A stretch of 64,000 nucleotides of DNA, taken from the NCBI GenBank assembly GCA_045597485.1, contig JAZLKI010000035.1, positions 5,011 through 69,010 of the forward strand, in the 5' to 3' direction. Position numbers and translations under genes: made by a program. Below are positions 19,729 through 30,046 of the stretch, one piece after another. Source of the stretch: Treponema sp. (lineage in GTDB: Bacteria; Spirochaetota; Spirochaetia; Treponematales; Treponemataceae). The number at the start of each line of letters is the position of its first letter. The stretch's first letter is position 1. The notes beneath the pieces were generated by a model. That model searched no databases. It saw nothing but the letters and a program-made list of their open reading frames with translations, and was not told the DNA's origin.

Positions 19729-21906
19729 TTGGATACTTCTAAATGGTACAAAGAGCCTGTTACTAAACAGCAGATTATGCCTCTTTGTGAAAAATATAAT
19801 TTTAATCTTTTTAAATCGGAATTTGCAAAACAAATTCTGGCTTCAATTCTTGTACGTCGTAAAGTAACTACTGGCGATGATATTTTATTTTATCTTGAAA
19901 ATGACCTTCGTTTTCAGCATAGTCCGTTCTGCTTTTCAAATATGGAAGATGCTGTAGAACGTATTTTACAGGCTAAAGAGGAAGGTGAAAAAGTGCTTAT
20001 TTTTGGCGATTCTGATGTAGATGGAATTACTAGCACTGCAATTCTTTATGAATATCTTGTTTCAATTGGTCTTGATGTACAATGGCGTCTTCCTTTAGCA
20101 GATGATGCATACGGTCTTTCAATTGATGCAATAGATGACTTTGCAAAGCAGGACGGTTCTTTAATAATTACTGTAGACTGTGGTATTTCAAATTACGATG
20201 AAATAGACCACGCTAATAATCTTGGAATTGAAGTTATTATTACAGATCATCATAATCCACCTGAACAATTGCCTGCCGCTATTATAGTTATAGATCCAAA
20301 AACAGATGATTCTAACTACCCTTTCCCAGATATATCAGGCGCTGCGGTAGCTTACAAGTTAGTTTCGGCACTTCGCTTCGCTCAGTCCGATTTTTACAAT
20401 GCCGAAATTTGTCTGTTTAATATTACAGCAGATGAAACTACCGGCTCTTACACAGTAGACTGTTTAAAAATCCGTAATCTTGTAAAGGTAAAAGAGTTAC
20501 ACGAAACTATTATTCCTGGTAAAACTACAATATATGATTTGAAACTTCCTTATTTTTTACAGGGGCAACTTATTTATGTATGGGATGCAAAAGAATGTTC
20601 AAATCTTTTGACACAGATTTTTGGTTCAGGAGTGCAGTTTAATTTATATGATTTAAAATCTGAAGTTTCTAACGTAATACCATCTCTACGGTCAAAATCT
20701 GCAGCTCAATTACAGGGGTTATCATTAATTGGAAAATATTGCGAAGATCAGAACAATGTAATTAATAGTCTTTTCAATCTTTATGTAACTTACTGTAAAA
20801 AGATTATTGCAATAAAACATCCAGAATTTGCAGAAGCAGAAAAAAAAGATTTGCAACTTGTAGCTCTTGCCGCTTTAGCAGATATTATGCCAATGAAAAA
20901 TGAAAACCGTCTTTTTGTAAAAAACGGTATTATTTCCATTAAGCAAGACAGACCTCGTCCAGGGTTAGCAGAATTATTCAATAAATTAAACATTAATATT
21001 GATGCCATTACTTCAACCGATTTATCATGGTCTGTAATTCCTTCTTTAAACGCTGCAGGAAGAATGGGGAAATCTAATCTTTCACTTCAACTGCTAATTT
21101 CACAAGATCCAAAAGAACGGGAAATTCTGGCTAATACAATTTACGATTTAAATGAAGAACGCAAAAATCTTGTTAATCAGGCCCTATTTAAAGTCGAAGA
21201 AGAAGCAAGAAATAGTGTTCAAAAATATCAGAATAAACTTTGTATAATTATAGATGAATCAATAAATAAAGGGGTCACAGGAATTGTTGCTGCCCGTCTT
21301 ATGCAGGACTTCAACGTACCTACTATGGCAATAACAATTAACGACAATATTTGTACAGGTTCAATGCGAAGTTGCCGAGGTCTTGTTGCAACAACCTTCC
21401 TTGATAACCTTGGTGACATTTTCATTAATCATGGTGGCCATAATTACGCAGCCGGCTTTAGTTTTTATAAAGAAAACTTGAATCTCTTTTTGGAAAATAT
21501 CGCCAAACAGGCTGCATCAATAGAATTAAATGAAGAAAATGAACAAATTATTGTAGATTCTGAAATTCCACCTCAATACCTGGAACCAGAACTATTTTCT
21601 CTTCTTGACGTATTCGAACCTTATGGCTCAGAAAACGGAGAACTCTTATTTATTACAAACAACTTTAAACTTGTAGATACAATGGTTGTAGGAAAAAAAG
21701 AGCCACAACATTTAAAACTAACTTTTGATACTGGTAAATACAAAATACCTGCAATGTTCTGGGGTCAGGCAGACAGATTAAAACAAGACATTCAAATTGG
21801 TAATACTTATGATATACTTTACAATATGAGCAGAAACTATTTTAACGGAGTTTCTACAAATCAATTAATAATAAAAGAATTAAAACCTTCTGGAGGTAAT
21901 AACTAA
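19729..21906 (+). CDS. recJ: ssDNA exonuclease RecJ (with internal insertion)
   Basis: GDSDVDGITS, TVDCGIS, ITDHH, LNAAGRM, GGHNYAAG, FEPYG. Confidence 0.95.
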   Translation: MDTSKWYKEPVTKQQIMPLCEKYNFNLFKSEFAKQILASILVRRKVTTGDDILFYLENDLRFQHSPFCFSNMEDAVERILQAKEEGEKVLIFGDSDVDGITSTAILYEYLVSIGLDVQWRLPLADDAYGLSIDAIDDFAKQDGSLIITVDCGISNYDEIDHANNLGIEVIITDHHNPPEQLPAAIIVIDPKTDDSNYPFPDISGAAVAYKLVSALRFAQSDFYNAEICLFNITADETTGSYTVDCLKIRNLVKVKELHETIIPGKTTIYDLKLPYFLQGQLIYVWDAKECSNLLTQIFGSGVQFNLYDLKSEVSNVIPSLRSKSAAQLQGLSLIGKYCEDQNNVINSLFNLYVTYCKKIIAIKHPEFAEAEKKDLQLVALAALADIMPMKNENRLFVKNGIISIKQDRPRPGLAELFNKLNINIDAITSTDLSWSVIPSLNAAGRMGKSNLSLQLLISQDPKEREILANTIYDLNEERKNLVNQALFKVEEEARNSVQKYQNKLCIIIDESINKGVTGIVAARLMQDFNVPTMAITINDNICTGSMRSCRGLVATTFLDNLGDIFINHGGHNYAAGFSFYKENLNLFLENIAKQAASIELNEENEQIIVDSEIPPQYLEPELFSLLDVFEPYGSENGELLFITNNFKLVDTMVVGKKEPQHLKLTFDTGKYKIPAMFWGQADRLKQDIQIGNTYDILYNMSRNYFNGVSTNQLIIKELKPSGGNN

Positions 21907-22880
21907 TGAAAAAACTGATTTTTGCTTTTCTTTGTCTTATAAATATTTCAATTCTTTGTGCTGCAAATGCTAAATATTTAAGTGAAGATTATAATCTTTA
22001 TGTCAGCTATAACGACATTATTACTCCAGGAGATGCTGTTTTTGTCCGAATGACAATAACTAATCCTAAAAATCACAAAAAAACAAAGCCTGAAACAGAA
22101 AGAAAGGCAACTCTTCAGCTTTTACAGGATAAGAAAGTTATTGAACGTGCAAGTTTTTACCAGATTAATAAAAAGAAATCTGGAACTTCAACAGAAATGC
22201 TTTGCGGTATTCCAGTCTCTTTGTGGCTCCGAGATGGTAACTATTCTATAAAAGTTATTTTTGAAAACTCCGAAGCAGATGTAAAGGAATTTATTTTGCC
22301 TTCTACTTTGAAAATGAAGACTTTCCCTACCGAAGTTATTCCTTTAGATGAAAAAAATACTGAAATTAAAACCGATAACAGTCCTGAACGTGCAGCACAA
22401 ATTGAAAAATTGAACAATATTCTTTTTACAAGCATGCCTTCTGATGTTTACACTCTCAAAAAATTTGCTTCTCCAACAGATTCACAACGTTATACTGCTC
22501 ATTTTGGAGATGCAAGAACTTATACTTACACTAATGGAAAAAGTTCTTCCAGTTCTCATTATGGAAACGACTATGGTGTTCCAACAGGAACAGAAGTAAA
22601 AGCTGCAAATGATGGTCGTGTAGTAATGGCCGAAACTCGTATTTCTACAGGCTGGAGTGTTGTAATTGAACACTTACCTGGTTTGTACAGTCTTTATTAT
22701 CATATGAATGAATTAAATGTAAAAGAAGGTGATATGGTAAAAGCCGGCGACTTGATTGGAAAATCTGGTGCAACAGGTTTGGCAACTGGTCCTCACCTAC
22801 ACTGGGAAATGCGATTGAATGGTAGTGCTGTTAGACCGGAATTTTTCCTTGAAAATTATACTTTTGAACCAGAATATTAA
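21906..22880 (+). CDS. Secreted M23 metallopeptidase
   Basis: Signal peptide; HYGND (HxxxD), TGPHLHWE (HxH). Confidence 0.92.
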   Translation: MKKLIFAFLCLINISILCAANAKYLSEDYNLYVSYNDIITPGDAVFVRMTITNPKNHKKTKPETERKATLQLLQDKKVIERASFYQINKKKSGTSTEMLCGIPVSLWLRDGNYSIKVIFENSEADVKEFILPSTLKMKTFPTEVIPLDEKNTEIKTDNSPERAAQIEKLNNILFTSMPSDVYTLKKFASPTDSQRYTAHFGDARTYTYTNGKSSSSSHYGNDYGVPTGTEVKAANDGRVVMAETRISTGWSVVIEHLPGLYSLYYHMNELNVKEGDMVKAGDLIGKSGATGLATGPHLHWEMRLNGSAVRPEFFLENYTFEPEY

Positions 22881-22881
22881 A

Positions 22882-23502
22882 TTATAATTCTGAAACTACA
22901 AGATCTCCATTTTCTGTAGAACTGATTGAATAATAATGACCAGTTCTACAGCCAGAAAGATCAAGACTTAAAGTTGTGGTTTTCTTAAAAAAATCAAATA
23001 CTGGGTATTTTCCTAGAGTAAAATTTGCAATTTTATACATGGCTTTTCGCTGCTTAAGATACGAACCATATCCTAACAACATACACTGCCCGTTTTCATT
23101 ATAGTACCGTGACAAATCTGTGCCTTTGCGCTCACTTTTTTTAATATCAAATATTCTGTTTTTACCAAAAATTGTACCAGGAAAAATATAATAATTATTA
23201 TTAAACCTACTTTGTGAAAAATCTACAGCTAAATAAGCGCCACTCCAGGAACGTTCTACAACAGCAATTTCATTTCCATTTGAATCAATTATGGAAACTG
23301 TACCACTAACAGTATTTCCTTCATCTGTAGTAGAAGAGCCATAAATCTTTATTCTCAACAATTCCTGATCTGCATTTCCATTACAGTGTTTTGAGCTATT
23401 AAATAATGAAAGATATAAGGCAGCAGAAAAAACTAAATCAACAAAAACGAGAATAAGAAGGATTCGAAATAAATATCTTAAAATAGCAGTCTTATTTTTC
23501 AT
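22882..23502 (-). CDS. Hypothetical membrane-anchored protein
   Basis: 206-aa ORF with N-terminal TM, directly downstream of ligA. Confidence 0.75.
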   Translation of the reverse strand: MKNKTAILRYLFRILLILVFVDLVFSAALYLSLFNSSKHCNGNADQELLRIKIYGSSTTDEGNTVSGTVSIIDSNGNEIAVVERSWSGAYLAVDFSQSRFNNNYYIFPGTIFGKNRIFDIKKSERKGTDLSRYYNENGQCMLLGYGSYLKQRKAMYKIANFTLGKYPVFDFFKKTTTLSLDLSGCRTGHYYSISSTENGDLVVSEL

Positions 23503-23505
23503 AAA

Positions 23506-25425
23506 CTATTGAATAAATGAAAGAAACTGTTTTTCATCAATAATTGGTATACCAAGTTTCTGTGCTTTTACATTTTTAGATGAGCCACTTTCTGTGTCAT
23601 TTGTAACCAAATATGTAAGATCTTTTGTAACAGAAGATTTTATAGTTCCACCATTTTTCTTAACAAGCTGTTCTGCATCTGCACGCTTCATTGTTAACAG
23701 TTCACCTGTAAAGCAGAAGGATTTTCCGGCAAATACACCTTCAGTTTCAGATGCTAAAGTAATTATCCCGTTGGAAACAAGATTTCGCATTTCTTCCGCA
23801 TTTTCTGTAAGTCCTTCTACTATTGTATGGGCCATAATTTCTGCAAAACCATGAACCATTGAAATTTCAGTTTCATTAGCAGACAATAATTTTTCCAAAG
23901 TGTTATAACCGGCAGCAACAAGTTTTTCTGCAGAAGTTTCACCTATTCCTTCAATATCAAATGCACCTACAAAGGTTGAAAGCTTCATATTTCTGTGCGA
24001 CTGTATAGATTTGTAGACTTTTTCTGCACCAAGAGATTTCTTATCTGCTTCCATACTTTCTTCATTCAAAAAATATGGGACTAAATCTTCAACCTGCAAT
24101 GAATATATATCTGAAATAGACTTTAATTTTTTATCATTAAACAAATCGGTAATAAGAGTTACACCTAAATCGCGGATATCAACTACCTGCTGATATTTTA
24201 AAAGCTGATGCAATACACGTTTAGAACATTCCTTATTTGGACAATAAAGTCGACTGCCTTCATCTACGAGCTTTGTACCGCAAACTTCACAATTGCAAGG
24301 GTAAATAATATCAGTAGTAGTTGTATCTTCCTTATGTTGAACTACTCCTTCAATCTTTGGAATAATTTCTCCACGTTTTACAACAACAACATGGCTTCCA
24401 ATCTTTACACCAAGTTTTCTGATTGTATCTGGGTTTGCGAGACTTGCCCGCTGCACCTTTGTTCCGTTTAATTCAACTTCATCAAAAATTGCAACTGGAG
24501 TATATGTTCCACCACTAATGCTCCACTCTACTTCACGTAAAACAGAAACAGCTTCTTCCAGATTAAACTTAAAGGCTATCTGACGGTCTGGACGATCGCG
24601 ACTTGCATCACTTAAATTAATTTCATTTTCTTTAACAACAAGGCCATCAATATCGTATGGAATAACAGTTTTACGTTCTTCCATAACTTTTGCACGATAG
24701 TCAATAACCCGTTCTGGGGTTTTACAAATTACAAGTTTAACAACATTAAAACCACAGTCCATCAACCAGCGGATTTTTTCTTTTTCATTAGAAAAGTAAA
24801 CTGTACCATCTGTTGAAAGCGCATCATAAGTTACAAGGGTCAAATATTCAGAACCAGTGCCATCTTTACGCTTCATAAGGCCGTTTGCCGCATTACGACA
24901 GTTAGCTTTATCCGAAAAATGTTCTTTATGAACCTGATGAGTCATTATAACTTCACCACGAATGCCACCTGTAAAAGGAATTAAAACCCCATCTTTATAG
25001 ATTGCAGCATTAACCCCCTGCATTTTTTTTGCATTGGCGGTAATATCATCACCAATAGAACCGTCACCTCTGGTAACTGCGTGTACCAGATAACCGTTTT
25101 CATACTGCAGTTCAAGGGAAGCTCCGTCAAGTTTATATTCAACTAAATATTCATCATAAACATGTTTCGCTGCCCAAGCCAAAAACTGTTCAGGGTTGGC
25201 AGCTTTTTCCTGACTTCCCATTGGCATTACGTGATGAATTTTTGCAAAATTTCCAGAATCATCTGCTCCAACTTTATGTAAAATTGGATTTTCAGGGTCA
25301 ATTTCTTTTAATTCATCCCAAAGTTTATCGAATTCAGCATCAGAAATAATTCCTTCACCATCATAATAAGCTTTCTGATATTTTAAAATTAACTCTTCAA
25401 GTTCAGATATTCTGCTTTTTGCCAT
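23506..25425 (-). CDS. ligA: NAD-dependent DNA ligase
   Basis: EYKLDG, TRGDG, RGEV, DIDGLV, Zn finger, C-terminal BRCT (FCFTG, SSVTK, SSKNVKA). Confidence 0.97.
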   Translation of the reverse strand: MAKSRISELEELILKYQKAYYDGEGIISDAEFDKLWDELKEIDPENPILHKVGADDSGNFAKIHHVMPMGSQEKAANPEQFLAWAAKHVYDEYLVEYKLDGASLELQYENGYLVHAVTRGDGSIGDDITANAKKMQGVNAAIYKDGVLIPFTGGIRGEVIMTHQVHKEHFSDKANCRNAANGLMKRKDGTGSEYLTLVTYDALSTDGTVYFSNEKEKIRWLMDCGFNVVKLVICKTPERVIDYRAKVMEERKTVIPYDIDGLVVKENEINLSDASRDRPDRQIAFKFNLEEAVSVLREVEWSISGGTYTPVAIFDEVELNGTKVQRASLANPDTIRKLGVKIGSHVVVVKRGEIIPKIEGVVQHKEDTTTTDIIYPCNCEVCGTKLVDEGSRLYCPNKECSKRVLHQLLKYQQVVDIRDLGVTLITDLFNDKKLKSISDIYSLQVEDLVPYFLNEESMEADKKSLGAEKVYKSIQSHRNMKLSTFVGAFDIEGIGETSAEKLVAAGYNTLEKLLSANETEISMVHGFAEIMAHTIVEGLTENAEEMRNLVSNGIITLASETEGVFAGKSFCFTGELLTMKRADAEQLVKKNGGTIKSSVTKDLTYLVTNDTESGSSKNVKAQKLGIPIIDEKQFLSFIQ

Positions 25426-26153
25426 TATATAACCTTATTCTTTTCAAAAAAGATTTCTGTAATCTGACGGTCAGCATTCAAACCTTTACGTTCAAATTTT
25501 GTTTGAACACGCCAAGGCTGAGGTTCAGCAAAACCTTCGTATTTATTTGTAAGACCTTCTGTAAGATTTAATTCTTCAAGAGCAAATTCTGCGTATTCTA
25601 TAATGTCTGTTACAAAGTAGAGGTAACCGCCCGGGGCAAGTTTTTGAGCAAAAAGGTTTGTTCTTGGGCGCTGAACCATTCTACGTTTGTGATGACGTTT
25701 CTTTGGCCATGGATCAGGGAAGAAAATGTGGAAACCGTTTACAGAATTGTCTCCAATCATTTCATTCAATACTTCGAGCGCATCATATTCAATTAAATAA
25801 AGATTTTTAAGATTTCTTCTTTTGATTTCAGAAAGAACTTTTCCAACACCTGGAGTATGAACTTCAATTCCCAAATAGTTTACATCAGGATTTGCTTCTG
25901 CAAGAGCTACAGTTGCATCCCCCATTCCAAAACCAATTTCAATAACAATAGGGTTTGTATTTCCAAAAATATCAACAAAATTAAGTTTTTTGTTTTCAAA
26001 TGGAATACACCAGTGAGGAGCCAGCTCATTATAAGCCTTTTCCTGAGCAGCTGTCATACGACCTGCTCTTAATACATAAGTTTTAATTTCCCGTCTAAAA
26101 CTCGAGGGTGAAGGTTCACTCTGCTCATTTGCAGTGTTTGTTTCTTTGTCCAT
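25425..26153 (-). CDS. trmB: tRNA (guanine-N7)-methyltransferase
   Basis: EIGFGMG, FPDPWPKKRHHKRR, TKFERKG. Confidence 0.97.
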   Translation of the reverse strand: MDKETNTANEQSEPSPSSFRREIKTYVLRAGRMTAAQEKAYNELAPHWCIPFENKKLNFVDIFGNTNPIVIEIGFGMGDATVALAEANPDVNYLGIEVHTPGVGKVLSEIKRRNLKNLYLIEYDALEVLNEMIGDNSVNGFHIFFPDPWPKKRHHKRRMVQRPRTNLFAQKLAPGGYLYFVTDIIEYAEFALEELNLTEGLTNKYEGFAEPQPWRVQTKFERKGLNADRQITEIFFEKNKVI

Positions 26154-26173
26154 ATATTTCCTTTTATTAAAGC

Positions 26174-26839
26174 CTATTTTTCAGGCGCAACATTATGCGC
26201 AGAAGAAATACAAATAACAGTATTTGAAGATGTACTTAAAATATCCTGATAATATTCTGCATTTCTATAATAATTCCATATGTCCCTGTCTGTCTGTAAA
26301 TTTTCAGTTCTTGGTCCATAGTAAATAATTGAATTTTCTTTATCGTAAATAGCAATTTTTTTTATGCCATTTTTTTTCATAATAAAGTCTTCAATATCAT
26401 TTTCTTTCATTTCATATAATGCTTCATCATATGAAACTGAAATTCTTAATTCCGATTCTTTTTCATCTGCATTTACGCAGGTAATAACATATGCACCAGT
26501 AGGAATTACTTCATTTTCTGGAACAATAAGATTTGTAGCACCTGCATACTGAATACCGTCAATTTCGATTTTTTTTATATCATCAAAATCCCACACATAA
26601 CCGGTTTCTATAGATTTAACAATTATGCGTTCAAAACGACGTACATCACTGTCTGATTCAACAAAAATACTTAATCTTGCATCTGGAACTGCCTGTGCAG
26701 AATCATACTCAAACACAACAGAATAATTTGAATTACGCAATTCTGGTGTAACTTGAGTACAAGATTCAAATATTACAAACAATGAAAGTATAAATGAACA
26801 AACGAGAAGTTTATTTAGCTTTTGTAAATGACTACCCAT
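26174..26839 (-). CDS. Putative lipoprotein
   Basis: Hydrophobic N-terminus ending in FESC (spirochaetal lipobox-like). Confidence 0.6.
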   Translation of the reverse strand: MGSHLQKLNKLLVCSFILSLFVIFESCTQVTPELRNSNYSVVFEYDSAQAVPDARLSIFVESDSDVRRFERIIVKSIETGYVWDFDDIKKIEIDGIQYAGATNLIVPENEVIPTGAYVITCVNADEKESELRISVSYDEALYEMKENDIEDFIMKKNGIKKIAIYDKENSIIYYGPRTENLQTDRDIWNYYRNAEYYQDILSTSSNTVICISSAHNVAPEK

Positions 26840-26842
26840 AAA

Positions 26843-28009
26843 TTAGAAGTTAAAGTTCAAGTTGATGACTGTAAGGTCACTGGCAGAGAACTGATTTACC
26901 AAAGATTCAAACTTAATGTTTACTTTCTTACAAGCATCATCAAGATAAGAAAGATAGTACAAACCAAGATCTGTACCTTCCTGTCCTTCTGGCAATTCTC
27001 GATAGAAGTCAATCAACGACTTTTTATTTGTATTTGAAGATTTTGCAGATTCAATATTTTCCTTAACTTCCTGGAACTCATCATCTTTATTATACAATGT
27101 AATAGAAAGACGCCCCTGTTTACCGATAGAAGAAGAACCTCCACCAAGTTTCCAGCTAAGGAATACCAATTCATGTTTACGCTGTAATTCCTGAACAATC
27201 TTACCACGAACTTCAGGATCAAAAATCAAAGCATCAATATCATCAATTCCGTGGTACATATTTCTTGCTTCTTTACGAATATTTGTATTTTCGTTGTTCA
27301 AAGCAAGTTCCATTACCATTACCGAAATATATTCTGCTACTTTTGATTTTTCCATATAAGAATTCAAAAGATTTCTGATAGCAACATACATTTCGTTTGC
27401 ACCTTCATTTTTTGCAAACATAGTAATAATGTACCAGTTCATAAGACCAAGACGATTCATAAATTTTTCAGACATTAAGAGATAGATATTTCTTTCTTCA
27501 GAAGAATAATCTCTGTTAGTCATAATCCCTTTCCAGATAGGATCAAGGATTGCTCGTCTTGTATTTGTAATTACGCTTTCTTTACTTTGCAATGTAGAAC
27601 GAAGCTGACGTTCTGACATTTTAGTTCTTTCATCAATAAGATGAGAAGGATTTGCTCTGTTGTGCTTTCTTACACAATCACACTGAATCAATGCAGAATA
27701 TACATCACGGTCAAACTGTTTATACAAAAGTGAAAAAACAATAACCTTTGAAAGATCCATTACTTCCTGACGTGAAGAAACAAATTCTGACATTGAAATT
27801 TCAATTTTGGAAATATAATCCAAAAGAATCATACTCTGAACTGATTGTGGAGAAAATTTTGTTAATGAAATACCATATTCTTCAACATTATCAGCCAGCT
27901 TGAAACGCATTAATTTCTTATTATGACTGATAAAATTTGATGCACCGTCTTCGGTTAAGACAACTTTAAGAGGAAGTTCAAGAATAAATTTTTTATCACC
28001 CGAGCCCAT
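26843..28009 (-). CDS. Hypothetical protein with possible degenerate GHKL/HATPase C-terminal domain
   Basis: 388-aa ORF; MELALN (N-box-like) and TDLGLYYL (G-box-like). Confidence 0.7.
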   Translation of the reverse strand: MGSGDKKFILELPLKVVLTEDGASNFISHNKKLMRFKLADNVEEYGISLTKFSPQSVQSMILLDYISKIEISMSEFVSSRQEVMDLSKVIVFSLLYKQFDRDVYSALIQCDCVRKHNRANPSHLIDERTKMSERQLRSTLQSKESVITNTRRAILDPIWKGIMTNRDYSSEERNIYLLMSEKFMNRLGLMNWYIITMFAKNEGANEMYVAIRNLLNSYMEKSKVAEYISVMVMELALNNENTNIRKEARNMYHGIDDIDALIFDPEVRGKIVQELQRKHELVFLSWKLGGGSSSIGKQGRLSITLYNKDDEFQEVKENIESAKSSNTNKKSLIDFYRELPEGQEGTDLGLYYLSYLDDACKKVNIKFESLVNQFSASDLTVINLNFNF

Positions 28010-28099
28010 ATAACCTACATTTAATCATAACTTTTTGTTTTATACCATTATATACTTAAGGTATTGCAATGTAAACTAGAAAAACATACACTAAAACTA

Positions 28100-30046
28100 A
28101 TGAATTTAATCAAACGCCTTGCGTCAGTCTTTCTAATTATTTCCTCTCTCACCTTTTCATTATCGGCTAAGACAGATGATATCTCCACTTTAAAAGGCGT
28201 AAATCTTAGTAATGAAGTATACAATTTTTTAAAGGCAGAAAAGTATACTCCACTTACACAAACCCTTGTAACTAATGGAAATAATATATTCCCTTATAAC
28301 GTTTATTTAAAATTTAATTCACAAAAGATTACAGATAAAAATCTTCTGCTCATAATCCACCAGGAACAGATGATTGAAAACAAAAATGTAGTTTTGGAAA
28401 TTCTTTCTTTTATAAAAAATCTGGAATGTGATTCCAATATTTCAGTTCTATTTTCCTATGGAGACAAGCAGATAATTCAGAAGCAGGTAATGATTTATGG
28501 TTCTGAAGTTTTTATAAACACTCTGAATTCAAACGAAGAAAATACTGCCATTATTTTAGATTTAAATAATGAAAACAATAAGATTATAACCAGTTGTAAC
28601 GGCCAAAGTTCTCCATCCTGGTTAATTCAAAATGAATTTAACTTATACCTAAAGGAAAACTTATACAGTAACCTTCCCTTTTACTATGTAAGTCAAATTT
28701 ATAAGATGAAGTTCTTCGAAGATAAAGAACTTGAAACTCTTTTCCAGCATGAAATACCAGGCATAAAATTATGTTTTAATAAAGCTAACTGTGAAAACGG
28801 AAAAGCTGCAAATATTATAAAAGACTCAATTTCTAATTATCTGAATATTCAGAATAACAACTGGGAACATCACTTTTTGCTCTTCAGACTTTTTGACCGT
28901 TACATAAATATTGATGAAGCAGCAATTATTCGAATTATTATTTTTATTATATTTTTATTGTTGCTATTTGTTTTCCTTCTTGGTTTTGCAAATATACGAA
29001 TTAAAAATAGGCCGAATTTTAAACTTGGCAAAGTATGGTACAGCGTTCCACTTACTCTGATTTTATCTTACATTTCATTTATTTGTGGTAGAGGATTATT
29101 CAATCCTTTTGCGAACAAGGTTACCACCTTAGGTTCTATCTATTTTTGTTTAACTTTGCAAATCAGCATTGCTCTTTTATTAGTAACCCTTTTTTATATC
29201 CTTATTTTAATGATGAATTACAACATTACAGAAAAGACCATCGACTTTCTTGTTTTAATTTCGTGTTTCATAAATCAGTCTTTATTTATTCTTTTTGATA
29301 TTTCATTATTCCCGCTTTTTCTGGTAATTTTTATTTTAGCAGTTGTTGCATATTATATTAAAAATAATGGAATACACATCTGCATATTTTTACTTATGAT
29401 TCTTGCATTGGTTCCTTATTGCAATACGTTAGTTACAAAAGGAAACCCTGCAACAATCCAACAGTATGTTCTGCGAAATTCAATAACGCCAATTACTATA
29501 TCTCTTGTTCTATACCCTATTTTTATGATGCATCTAAGAATTCTTACTTCATATAAAAATAAATTTTCTAAAACAAGAAGTTTTATAATTTTTACAATCT
29601 GTTCCTTCGTTTTTATCAGCAGCGCTCTTATTATCTTCTCTGCTATAAGAACAAAACGAATTAACAATACTTTTGCTAAAACACAGGAATACAAAATTTC
29701 TGAAATAACAGACAATAAAATTTCTGTAAAATACACTGATAAAGCCATATTTACTGATATAATAAGAACTATAGATATTGATTTGGAAGGCACTCCGGAA
29801 GTATGCGATGTTCGTATTAACTCTGCAACTTCAACACCTGTACTATATTCCGACAATGACTACGAAGCTATTACACAAAATTCTGTAATCTTCAAAATAC
29901 CTGAGTATCCTTCAGAGCACTTAACTTTTAGTTATGGGGCAAATAAGGAACCTTGTGTAATTGTTATTTCTGCAATATACATGGAAAATGATTTTAACAA
30001 TCTTTATACTCTGGTAACCAAAGCAGTTTCTATAGGAGATTTGTAA
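28100..30046 (+). CDS. Integral membrane protein: exported N-terminal domain, ~8-9 TMs and a C-terminal beta domain
   Basis: Signal peptide ending SLSA, long hydrophobic stretches in the middle third; stop abuts the dinB start; ATG at 28100. Confidence 0.8.
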   Translation: MNLIKRLASVFLIISSLTFSLSAKTDDISTLKGVNLSNEVYNFLKAEKYTPLTQTLVTNGNNIFPYNVYLKFNSQKITDKNLLLIIHQEQMIENKNVVLEILSFIKNLECDSNISVLFSYGDKQIIQKQVMIYGSEVFINTLNSNEENTAIILDLNNENNKIITSCNGQSSPSWLIQNEFNLYLKENLYSNLPFYYVSQIYKMKFFEDKELETLFQHEIPGIKLCFNKANCENGKAANIIKDSISNYLNIQNNNWEHHFLLFRLFDRYINIDEAAIIRIIIFIIFLLLLFVFLLGFANIRIKNRPNFKLGKVWYSVPLTLILSYISFICGRGLFNPFANKVTTLGSIYFCLTLQISIALLLVTLFYILILMMNYNITEKTIDFLVLISCFINQSLFILFDISLFPLFLVIFILAVVAYYIKNNGIHICIFLLMILALVPYCNTLVTKGNPATIQQYVLRNSITPITISLVLYPIFMMHLRILTSYKNKFSKTRSFIIFTICSFVFISSALIIFSAIRTKRINNTFAKTQEYKISEITDNKISVKYTDKAIFTDIIRTIDIDLEGTPEVCDVRINSATSTPVLYSDNDYEAITQNSVIFKIPEYPSEHLTFSYGANKEPCVIVISAIYMENDFNNLYTLVTKAVSIGDL

